Shown here: piece after piece, positions 13,848-24,569 of the stretch
Layout: the number at the start of each line of letters is the position of its first letter
Position numbering within the stretch: the first letter of the stretch is position 1
Origin: Octopus vulgaris
Lineage: Eukaryota
Direction: 5' to 3'
NCBI GenBank assembly: GCA_951406725.2
Contig: OX597814.1
Span: forward strand, 200,322,001 to 200,386,000
DNA: 64,000 nucleotides
Program-made: the position numbers and the translations under genes
Notes under the pieces: generated by a model
The model's input: the letters and a program-made list of their open reading frames with translations, nothing else
Told to the model about the DNA's origin: nothing
Databases searched by the model: none

Positions 13848-16022
13848 CACTGGTTCACAAAGAAATTGAAGCAAACATAAAAATAGTTGTTCTAGCCTAA
13901 ATTGTGGGTGCTGATTTCAGATACAAAACCAGTTTTCACTCGTCACCTCTAGGTTTTGAGATATACATAATTATGAGTTTGTGACAATTTACATAACCAT
14001 ATATATGATCAATTTTTATTTTGTTTTCCAGATTTTTGTGATATATATATATATATGATACATGTCTCTACAATGGCATCAGGTACTTCAAAGCACTGAG
14101 GATGCATCAACAAAGCAAATTCATTCTGCTACATTTGTGTGGATTTCACGAAAGTTACACAGCACCAAACAATTACATCCCTCCTGGGAATTGCTTACTT
14201 TCATTATTTTGATAGTAAAACTGGAGATCAGAACATATCCTGGGACCCACACACTTGTTGTAAACCCTGCTACAATGAACTAATTGCATGGTCTAACAGC
14301 AAGAAAGCATCCTTCAACTTTGCTGTCCTGATGGTCTGGAGAAAGGCATGAAGCCATGCAGATGATTGTTATTTTTGTCTAACAAACTTAACGAATTTCA
14401 AGGCTTTTTCTAGAACAAAATCAAATGTCCCAACCTTTCCTCAGCTATGAGACCTGTTCCCCACTCAGATGATCTCCCTGTCCCTACACTCCCAACAAAT
14501 AAGGATTTTCTTCCTTCATCAGGGGAAGATTCTGCCAAGTCAATCTCTTCTGAAGACAATGACTCTGTTTATTCATGAGCAAGTGGCACTGGATCACACA
14601 GGAAGACCTCAATGACCTTGCCCATGATTTGTATCTATATAAAGCAGCAGTCAGAGCTCCTGGCATCCTGGCTTTAGCAGTGGAATCTGGTCAAGGCAGA
14701 TGTAAGGATCACCAGTGTCAGGACACAAAACCAGGACTTTGCTTCATTCTTTGATATGGAAAACAGGTTGTGCTACTGCACAACTGTCTCTGGCTTGTTC
14801 CCCTTCCTTGGTTTCCCACACAATTCCTCAGACAGGCATCTTTTCATAGACTCTCCCAAGCAAAGTCTGAAGGCTGTGCTTTTGCACAATGGAAATTATT
14901 ACCCCAGCATTCCCATTGCCTACTCAGCCCATTTGAAGGAGTTGTATGACCATATGGAACTACTTTTGGAAGCTATCAAGTACCAGTGGAATCTCTGCGT
15001 GGACCTCAAGGTCATTGGGCTCCTAATGGGTATGCAAATAGGCTTCACAAAGTACTGTTGCTTTCTTTGTCCTTGGGACAGTTGGGTTGTGTCCAAGCAC
15101 TACAAGCAGAAGGACTAGGGATCTAGGAGCACTTTCATGCCTAGTGAACACAGTGTCCAAGAAAATCCTCTGGTGGTCATGAACAAGGTGCTTCTTCCTC
15201 CTCTTCTTGGTTTGATGAAGCTTGGTTTAACGAAGAATTTCGTGAAGGCCATAGACAAAAATAGTGCTGCCTTCCAACACTTGTTTCTCAGTTCTAAGTT
15301 CTGCTAAGCTCAAAGAGGAAATCTTCTTCGGACCTCAGATCTGAGAGGTGCTGAAGGATAAGGACTTTGAGAAGCTTCATACCTTAAAGGAACTGAGTGA
15401 GGAAAGCATTTAAGTCAGTCTACCATGGCTTCTTTGGTAATACACAGGTACTAGATTACCAAGAGTGTACTGAGAAGTTGTTACAGTCTTATGAGGATAT
15501 GGGATGCCGAATGACACTCAAAATTCACTTTCTTTACTCCCACCTCAACCTCTTCCCTCCAAAGCTCGGAACAGTGAATGATGAGCATAGAGAAAAGTTC
15601 CATCAAAATGGAGAGCAACTACCAAGGCAAGTGGAATCCCAGCATAATGGGGGACTTTGCTGGATGCTCCTGATGACATCCCAGGGGTAAAGTACAAAAG
15701 ATCATCCAAAACAAACTCACTTATAGATGTCTGCTATACTATGATTTTGTGTGTATTGTATTATCCAAGTAATTTGGTTCAATGTTCTGTATCTACGCTG
15801 AATTTTATTTTGTAATATGCCTTTGTAACAGATGAAATAAACACACTATATTTTGAACTTATATACAGTTTAATTAAAATGGGATATGTGAAAGCAAAAA
15901 GCTAGAGGCAATAGAGCAAAACTGTTCAGAAAATTGAGTTCACCACATGAAAGTTTGTAAAAAAAACACACCCATTCATACCCTTGTCTCAGAGCAAAAA
16001 AACATTTTCTTCTAAACCAGTG
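13848..16022 (+). mobile_element. Chapaev3-like (CMC superfamily) DNA transposon, near full length, inactive
   Basis: Termini CACTGGTTcacaaagaaa / ttttcttctaAACCAGTG (CAC...GTG ends). The right flank is TAA, a TWA-type target, but the left flank does not match. It encloses a decayed transposase. Confidence 0.75.
14073..15727 (+). pseudogene. Chapaev3-like DDE transposase pseudogene
   Basis: Collinear motifs across frameshifts and stops: FCYIC, GDQNISWDPHTCC, HADDCYFC, RPVPH, LFIDSPKQSLKAVLLHNGN, DLKVIGLLMG, KYCCFLCPWDS, KLGLTKNFVKA, KLKEEIFFGPQI, MTLKIHFLYSHL, VNDEHREKFHQ. Confidence 0.85.
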
Positions 16023-16230
16023 TAATTTAAACATTTACCACATTAACTTCAAGAAACCAGCCAACTACCTGACTACCAACTAATCAAACACTTGCACAAG
16101 GCAGACTTCATTTCACTAGGGAAAGGAATAGGCAAATAGTTGTATATACTGAGTCCTTCACTTATTGTTTCACTGATCATTGGCTAGTGATCAGTGATGT
16201 TAAGATAATAAGCTAAATGAACTGAGAAGT

Positions 16231-17504
16231 TCACAATATGTTCCGACCCTCACAATATGGATTTGTCCCTAACTCCAGCTGCAGTGACCAGCTTGTCGAG
16301 TTCCTTGAGGACATTACTCAGATTACTGACAGTGGCTCATGGGTGGATGTTGTCTACCTTGACTTTGCTAAGGCTTTCAACTCTGTGCCACACAAAAGGC
16401 TTATGGTGAAACTCTCTGCAATGGGTGTGGGGGATGACCTTTTTAACTGGTTGAAATCCTTCATCCTCAGCCGAAAGGAGGTAGTCACAGTTCTAGGACA
16501 GCACTCTACACCATATGAGATGTCATCGGGTGTACCACAGGGATCTGTCCTTGGTCCCCTCTTGTTTGTGGTATACATTAACGACATAGATGCCAATTTA
16601 AAGAATGCCACAGTATTGAAATATGCAGACGACATCAAGCTGTACCTTGAAATCAAGAGGACAGATCCTGATGTCTACAACTCTTTCCTGCAATCAGACC
16701 TAGACACAATGCAGCAATGGATCACAGACTGGCAACTGAAACTGGCTGTGGACAAGTGTACCACCATGCATTTTGGGAGAAAAAACCCTGCGTTCACATA
16801 CTCCCTCCACAACACTGATATCAAGAAATCCTCTTGTGAGCGTGACCTAGGCATCACTGTCAGCAGTGATTTGCGTTGGTCAAAGCATATCTCTAAGATT
16901 GTCAGGAAGGCCGAGGGTGTCTTGGCATCACTCAGCAGGTCTTTTGTTAGCCGCTCTCCAGCCATCTATTTAAAACTGTATACAGCTATGGTACGACCAC
17001 ACTTGGAATTCGCATCATCAGTTTGGAACCCCTATCTTGCACAGAACATTGACCTCCTGGAATCTGTCCAGAGACGTGCAACCAAACGCATACCCTCCAT
17101 CAGACACCTACCATATTCTGAGCGCCTTGTTTCCCTGGGCATGGATTCACTGAAGCTCCGGCGTTTGGCGACGGACTTGGTAAACACCCACAAAGTTATC
17201 AACCACCTCACCAACAACAACACTGAACACCTTTTTGATCTCCATGTGTCTAACACACGTGGACATGCCTACAAAGTCAGAAAACAATACAGCTCCCATG
17301 ACTTTCGGAAACATTTTTTCACGCTCAGAGTTGCTGAAGCATGGAATAAACTGCCTGCGTCAGTTGTTGACTGCCATGACACTGCATCTTTTAAGGCCCT
17401 CATGCTTTCCGAAATCCGCCGAAACTACACCTGATTATATATACACTTTAGATGAGTTGTAGTGCACCTGAGCACTGTACACAATTATTATTATTATTAT
17501 TATT
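16231..17504 (+). mobile_element. 5'-truncated CR1/Jockey-group LINE, young copy
   Basis: RT ORF, short 3' UTR, terminal stem-loop tgtagtgc-acctga-gcactgta and an (ATT)n tail. Possible 4-bp TSD aagt at 16227-16230 and 17505-17508. Confidence 0.92.
16238..17434 (+). CDS. LINE ORF2 fragment: reverse transcriptase and C-terminal region (398 aa, no endonuclease)
   Basis: QYGF, YLDFAKAFNSVPH, GVPQGSVLGPLLF, YADD, ERDLG, LYTAMVRPHLEF, LESVQRRATK, RGH and FFTLRVAEAWNKLP in one uninterrupted frame. Confidence 0.9.
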   Translation: MFRPSQYGFVPNSSCSDQLVEFLEDITQITDSGSWVDVVYLDFAKAFNSVPHKRLMVKLSAMGVGDDLFNWLKSFILSRKEVVTVLGQHSTPYEMSSGVPQGSVLGPLLFVVYINDIDANLKNATVLKYADDIKLYLEIKRTDPDVYNSFLQSDLDTMQQWITDWQLKLAVDKCTTMHFGRKNPAFTYSLHNTDIKKSSCERDLGITVSSDLRWSKHISKIVRKAEGVLASLSRSFVSRSPAIYLKLYTAMVRPHLEFASSVWNPYLAQNIDLLESVQRRATKRIPSIRHLPYSERLVSLGMDSLKLRRLATDLVNTHKVINHLTNNNTEHLFDLHVSNTRGHAYKVRKQYSSHDFRKHFFTLRVAEAWNKLPASVVDCHDTASFKALMLSEIRRNYT

Positions 17505-17714
17505 AAGTACAAACCAAGAAAATTATCTGAAGATACTGAAGCTGAAAGATACCTCAGCAAGATGTAAGTTCAATGAAGATTTTGGTTGATGTGTATTAAA
17601 AGAAAAAGAAAATAGAGACTTAGAGGAAGCGGAGGAAGACAGACTACTGCAGAGCAAGGTTCCAGCTGCAAAGAAGATGACGTGGTAGTGAAATGGCACA
17701 GCAGATATGTCGAC

Positions 17715-17853
17715 CTGAATGGCATCCAGCTGTAGAAACTCTGCCAAATCAAGACTGGAGCCTGGTGCAGCTATCTGGTTCGTCAGCCCTCAGTCAAAAT
17801 CGTCCAACCCATGCTAACATGGAAAGTGGATGTTAAACAATGATGATGATGAT
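17715..17853 (+). mobile_element. RTE LINE 3'-terminal fragment with (GAT)n tail
   Basis: ggcatccagctgtagaaac...ccaacccatgct..catggaaa..gga.gttaaac + (gat)n. The same end follows RTE C-terminal coding sequence at 19422 and 61362. Confidence 0.8.
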
Positions 17854-18569
17854 AGATCCACTAAAGCTAAGATTTAGGAATAGAAGAAGAGATGGAGCAA
17901 GAAACAATACTGAATAGTTAGAAGAGAATATTAAGTAGTATCAGGTACTTGTAGCTTAGAGGCTTAAATGGTAAGAGGTTTGCCAATGTTCTACAAAGAG
18001 ATGGTGACAGGCATGAGGTATTCCTAATTGTAAATCAATGTATCAGTGCAATTCAAGGTATCATTGGGATTCAGTGTGCAACACTCACTCATTCTCTCTC
18101 TTACCGACAACAAGAAGAAAGAGACTTGGAAATTATTCCCTCTCCTACTACTTTGTCTGGAAAAAAGGGCAGTACCCATAACCCTTTATTTTTTTCAGGG
18201 CTGGTATCATTGGTGAATGAAAGGTAAGAAGTTATCCTTAAAAATCAGTGACCTGATCCAAAAGCTTCAATGGAATGAACTCTGGTAAAGGAATCTCAAA
18301 AATCAGGTAGTGGTGTTAAACCAGGTATGAATTATATCAACTACCCAAGGAGCACCCAGAACAAATACCACAAGATATCTTACATGACACAACTAAATAG
18401 ATATAAATATAGTTGAGATTTTTTTCTGAAGGGTTTATTGAATTATTATTTCAGAATTTTGTATTATTTTCACTACATCCACCTCATCCCCCTATCCAAA
18501 CTCTACAGTTGTCACCTACACTCCCCTACCCACTACTTAACCATCAATACCTGTTCTTTATTCATATCA

Positions 18570-18735
18570 TTAGCATACTGGATAAAATGCTTAGCAGAAT
18601 TCCATTCTGAGTTCAAATTCTGCTGAGTTCAACTTTGCTTTTCATCGCTTAAGAACTGGTAAAAAAAAAAGTACCAGTTGAGTACTGGGGTTGATGTGAA
18701 TTTCAAGTCTTGTGCCTATAACAGAAAGGATTAGA
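18570..18735 (+). mobile_element. SINE with Nin/Deu-like domain (family D), degenerate
   Basis: gagttcaaattc B box followed by caactttgcttttcatc...gtaccagttgagtactgggg. Confidence 0.65.
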
Positions 18736-19421
18736 TTCATTCCTTCACCCATTCAACAACCCTCAAACTCCCATACACTCATGCAACCTCTACCATATAC
18801 ACTGATAGTTCTTCTGTCCCCACTCACTCCTACTCACCTTGAGCCTTAAGAGAACATGCAGACATCAGATCACAACTATTTTAATCTCTTCCCAGCTCCA
18901 CAGCCTCTTTTCTAAAACACAAGTAATTGTGTTGCTCTTCCACAGCAAGAAACCTGTTTGCTATGGCCCCCTTCTCTCATAATTTAAGCCCTTACCTCTC
19001 AGCACAAAGCCATCTACAGAAACCATGCCACAGACACTGGAGCATGTTACAGTCTCTGGACCCATCGGATCCTGTCAAATCATTCAAATGATACCATCAT
19101 GGAACATGGATGTTGATGATGAAAAGGAGGAGGGGTAGTTTATATCTAAATTGTTGAATGACAATAATAATTGAGAACAATTGTGGAAACTTCCAGAAGG
19201 ATTAGCTCTCTAAAGTCAGAAAAACAAAATGATTCTAGCAAACGTGTGCTAAATTTTAATGATACTTGTTGTGTATCATTAAAACAACTTAAGGTAAAAC
19301 AAATGAAAATAATAAAGGTACAATATTTTAATCAATGAAAAATATCAGTTTAGAGAAGAAATTACAGCATTTACACACACTCATTATTTAAAAAGAAATG
19401 TCGGTGCTACATAACTACAAC

Positions 19422-19752
19422 CTGTGCTGATGGCACATAAAAAGAACCTTTTCAGCGTTGAGCCTCACGGAGGCAATGACAAATGACTGAGACCTTCGGC
19501 AATAAGCTGTGCTTAAGTAGTAGACTCATCAGGTCAAATGTAATTGTAGTTGTGGCAGATACTGGCATCATGCCGGTGGCATGTAAAAGCACCTATTACA
19601 CTCTCAGAGTGGTTGGTAATAGGAAGAGCATCCAGCTGTAGAAACCACGCCAGATCAGACTGGAGTCTGGTACAGCCCTTCAGCTAACCAGCTCTGGTCA
19701 AACTGTCCAACCTATGCCATTATAGACAACAGAGATTAAATGATGATGATGA
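19422..19752 (+). mobile_element. RTE LINE 3' end
   Basis: C-terminal remnant (LSLTEAMT) followed by the 3' UTR and a (GAT)n tail. Confidence 0.8.
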
Positions 19753-20519
19753 TTATTTAAAGAGAAATACTAGAACTATGGTAAAACTGGGATGTTGTAG
19801 AAAATACATCCCAGTGTCAACTATGAGATAAAATTGGCTGTTAAAGTCTAACCTTTTGTTAAATGTTGTAATAGAAAGGTAAACTTAGTGTTCAGTAGCT
19901 GAGGAAAACAAAAGAAAAATTGTAAAAGTCAGTTGGCAAAAGTTGCAGACCAGATACTATCAGAAGTGAGGAAATGTACATTATGTTGAACATTAACTGA
20001 ATAATAATGAATACACGCTGAGAATGACACATCAATGGAACAGACAGTTTAGATATGAAAGCGGATTTAGCAGGAGATAAGAATTCCTAGTGTGTTGTGT
20101 TGTATCAGTAAATATCATTTGACAGAATAAATAGAGAAAAATCCAATGTACATTTACGACAATAACAAATTTTTTTTTTTTTGCACCATATATCAAAGGA
20201 AGCTCTTAAGTAAATGGTAATGTTTACAACACAAATCTCATTACAAGATAAGGAGGAGGAGGGGGGAGGGTCTCGACAACTACATCTTTGTCATCAATAG
20301 CCTAAAAACCAATATTATAAAGAAAATATTTTGCAATAACATGTAAGAAATCCTACAAAGTAGCCTAAGCACATTAAATTCTATACAGTAAACATATTTA
20401 AGTGGTTATTTGGGAGGATTTGCTAAACTTCAGTGATTTCACCTCAACTACCAAATGTCATCGCTACAATGGTTAGAGGCTTAAGAAGACAAAAACCCGC
20501 ATGCACGTGTGTGCGTACG

Positions 20520-20550
<31 letters not shown>

Positions 20551-20711
20551 AAAATAAGCAAGAAGGATATCCAAGGATATCCTTATTACTTATTTTGATT
20601 ATAATCACCCTGTTTGATTTATGTGGATAATACCATACAAAATTCTGGTGCATTTAACTTAAGTACCATATTCATCTGAATCTAAATTTTGCTGAATTTA
20701 ATATATATATA

Positions 20712-20919
20712 TAGTTAATCCAAACAAGAAAAAACAAAAAAACACAACAACGTGAAGACGTGGAACAAATAAAGTATTATTGGATGCTCAGGAAAGAAGG
20801 GAAGAAGGAGGGTTTAACGTTTCGAGCGGAGCTCGTCGTTGGAAACACAGGAGAAGGAAAGATCCCGAGAAGGGAAGACAGAGGAAAAAAAATTGCCAAC
20901 GGTACACACGAGGTCACAT
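20712..20919 (-). mobile_element. Penelope-like terminal-repeat fragment with a degenerate minimal hammerhead
   Basis: Abuts (TA)n. The minus strand reads ccaacga-c-GAGC-tcc-GCTC-GAAA-cgtt, with 2 mismatches to CUGANGA. The same end recurs at ~48691. Confidence 0.55.
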
Positions 20920-21699
20920 ATTGATGTATCATACTTCAGCTTCTCAACACCTGGCGTAATGCCACCTGATGAGGTTGAAGTATGATAGAGGGACAGGCAC
21001 AAGTGTCTTGCTATGGAGGCGATACATGCTACCCAACAGTTTAAAAAGATGGGTGGAAGTAATTGGAAAGAAGACGATGATGATGGTGGTGACAGGGTGT
21101 ACACTCAAGATACACAAAGGTGAGTGTATGAGAGAATATGAATAAAGAATAAGGAAGGGTGGCGGATGGGTAGAGACGGGTACAGAGGTGAATGTAATAA
21201 ATGGAACTAGAGAAGAGATTTAGTAGATGATAAATATTAGCATGGTTGGGAGTATGTGTGAGAAAGGATAGGGGTGGCTCAGGTAAGAGAAGGCGATAAG
21301 TGTTAGGACAATGAAGGGAGGAGAGCAGCAGTCTAACAAACCTGTAGGTAGGCCAGAAAATATGTAGATGAAGTGTAGGGCAGGGGGGAGTTGGAGAGGC
21401 AAGAGAGACAGAGAGAGTGAGAGAGATGTAGAGAGATTGGCAGAAAATAAAGTAGGAAGGGATGACATTGAGAATGGGAAAGGGATTTTAAAAGGAAGGG
21501 GTCTTAAGGAGAGTGGAAGTAAAGAAAGAAGAGATATAAGCATATTCTGCTCTTATGATTATAACATCTGAGTAATGCTGCAGTTAGAAGAGTGGGGGTG
21601 GGTGTTAGGAAAATGAGAGGTGGAAAAGGCTTAACACAGATGAATTGAGTGTAGTGTCCAATAAATGGAATATTTTTAGAACCTCACCCTCATTGAGAC

Positions 21700-24030
21700 A
21701 GACAGGTTTTCTCAAGCACAATGAATTGCCAGCCATCTCAGTCCTTTGTTGTCATCTTCATGAGGGTCAACATTTTGAGATCATCCATCACTATTTCATC
21801 CCATGTCTTCCTGGATTTCCCTTTTGCTCAGGTTCTGTTCACTTAAGCAACTGACACTCCTTTATACAACTGTCTTCATCTCTACATCTTACATGGCCAT
21901 ATCAGCACACTCTTCTTGTATCCAATTCTTGACACAACACATTTTGACTTCATCATATACGCACACTGATGTTTTACATCCAATGGACCATACAGGCTTC
22001 ATTTTTTTCTTCTCATCTTTGCATACCCTCTGCATTCAGGGCCAATATCTCACTACCATGTAGTATTGCTGTTTGTACACAGGCAACATACAATCTACCT
22101 TTCACTCCAAGAGGAAAAAAAAAACCTTTTATTACTAACATAAGTAAATAGCTCTGAATTTTCTCCATTCTCTTCTTATTCTAGCAACTATACTTTTGGA
22201 ACATTCTCTTCCACTGCTAATTTGGTGACCTAAGTAATAGAAACTATCTACTAACCCCTAGAAAATTTCCTGGGTACTCAAAAAAATCTATTTCCCATAT
22301 GTTTTTAGCTTTTATTGTTTCTGTGCATCTGCCACATACACAGTCTGCTTTTCTACAAACTTATTGCACTGTTTCTGTCCATATCTTGTACTGAGTACAC
22401 CATGTGGAATTTCTTTCTACACCTTTCCAACACATCACACAGAACCATTTCCCAGAAAGGAGTAGACTCCTGTTTGTTTTCCTGCTAAGTAGAACTTTGA
22501 TTTTTGCTAAGTTAACTTTTAGACCCTTTGAATCCAAGTTTTGCTGCCATACATAGAATTACTTTTTAAACTCTCCAACAGATTCTGATAAGAACTCTGA
22601 CAAGCTCATCAGAATATATTTCCCAAGGGCCACCCCTCCATGATGCATAGAAAGGATCTGAGAACTGAGGTCAGAGGAGCTGTACACTAAATTAGCTGCA
22701 GTACTTGTTGCTAACAGCACCCCTGTACATGGAATTGATGAATGGCTTATTAGAGCCATCCAAGCCTAGCTTCCTCAGCAACTCTAAATCACAAAGAACC
22801 TTGTTAAAGGCCTTCTCGAAGCTGACAAATGCCAAATACAATAACTCATGTTTAGCTAAATAAGACCCCACCTATTAGGTTCATGTTGAGAAGGACCACT
22901 TTCGCCCATGTAGTCTCCACATTCAATAGCATTTCATAGCAGCACTTCCATACCACTTCCTTTCCAGAATCACTATCTACCTACACACATTTCTCACCAC
23001 TGGCATCTCAATTGTCTCTGATACATTATTTTGCAATCTCATACCTTTGATTTTCATACTGGGGAACATTGGCAAACATCTTCCTTTCTGCTTCTCTCCT
23101 CTAGCTACCTGATATGATTCTCTGCTGCACCCATCATTCCAATATTTTCAAGCCTGTCTCTTTGCTCTGTTTTCTTCACTGTTCTACCACCAAATCATCC
23201 TTGTTCTCGATGGAACTTTGCACTAGCCACAGACTTGGTCCAGTACCCTCAACAGGCTGCTCTACAAGATCTCCCAGTTCTCTTCTATGTTATACATCTC
23301 TATCCCCTCCGTCTCCTTGTCAGATACTTCAACTTGTACTTCTCTAAATTTCTAACTGCTTCACTAAGTCTTCCATAGCTTTCTCTTCGAGACTGATTTG
23401 TGTCTCTGTCCTTCTAACCCTAAGTTTGAAGTCACTAACTACTAACCTTGTACATTCCTCACTTTACATTCACAAACAGTACCATACGAGTGAGATCGTT
23501 GCCAGAGCAACATAGTGGCCTTCGTGCCGATGACACGTTAAGCAAACCATTCGAGCGTGATCGTTACCGCATCGCCTTACTAGCACTTGTGCTGGTGGCA
23601 CGTGAAACATTCGAATGAGGTCGTTGCCAGTGCCGCTAGACTGGCTCCTGTGCAGGTGGCACGCAAAACGCACCATTTGGACGTGGCCGTTGCCAGTACC
23701 ACCAAACTGGCCCTCGTGCCGTTGGCACATAAAAGCACCCGCTACACTCTCGGAGTGGTTGGCATTAGGAAGGGCATCCAGCTGTAGAAGCTCTGCCAGA
23801 TCAGATTGGAATCTGGTTAGCCAGACCACAGTCAAATCGTCCAACCCATGCTAGCATGGAAAGCAGACGTTAAATGATGATGATGATGATGAAACATCTG
23901 TTTATCCCATTTTCTGATGAGAATGTAACCGGTCTGGCTGGTGTGCCCCCCAACTTGATAAGTAATTAAATGACTAGCTAGTTTCTTGACGTTCATGCAG
24001 CAGATCATCTGGTCATTTACATAATAGAAC
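21700..24030 (-). mobile_element. Old, internally deleted RTE LINE (APE-RT remnants)
   Basis: Minus-strand remnants in the expected order: SHLITYQVGGHTSQTGYILIRK (APE end), LYLAFVSFEKAFNKV (RT), a Cys-rich finger, VDSFYYLG..ARIRREWRKF, and RKTWDEIVMDDL. Confidence 0.85.
23470..23891 (+). mobile_element. Younger RTE 3' UTR fragment nested in the old RTE
   Basis: Imperfect tandem units (ggcacgt.aaagcacc...cgttgccag) followed by the conserved end and (GAT)n. Confidence 0.85.
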
Positions 24031-24569
24031 TCCAAGAGATGAATGTAGATGATGAGAAGGGATAATCCATGATACATATGAGTTGGGGAGTAGGTGTTGA
24101 TTGACACTACAGGAAGGTGAAGGGCAGCAAGATAAAAAGAGATGATGTATGTGGCAGAGGTATAAGCAACAAGAGTGTGAATAACAAGAAGTTGAAAGAG
24201 TTTGTGCAGAGAGTAGTGCATGAAGAGAGTGAGAGATGTATGGTGATATGGGCACAGGAAGTGGCTTAGTGGAAAGGAAGAGGTAATTTGGTGGCATATA
24301 AGGGTGGAGAGATCAATGTAAAGGATGACTGAAGAAGGACAATGTATGAATGAAGGATGGAAGTTAATTAAAGCAGTTCAGAGTAGAGATAAAGATAACT
24401 GGCACCATAGAAAAGATGCAGCAATACTTTCATTTGCTTACAGCAGTAGAATACTGCAGTTGGCAAGATATAGATCAGTGATGGAGAATAAAAGGGTAGA
24501 GGGAAAATTAGGTGAGATGCTCAAATGTGTATATATATAGGCCTTTTGATTCCAGATTCTCAGTTTTAC

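Noticed and set aside
16354-17256. Antisense ORFs overlapping the RT
   Set aside because: They are shadow ORFs of the LINE coding strand.
19786-19815. 10-bp perfect hairpin actgggatgt/acatcccagt
   Set aside because: It is isolated and short, with no supporting context, and could arise by chance.
20970-20990. let-7-like sequence TGAGGTTGAAGTATGATAG
   Set aside because: The seed differs from let-7 (GAGGUAG), the remainder matches poorly, and it lies on the 3' arm.
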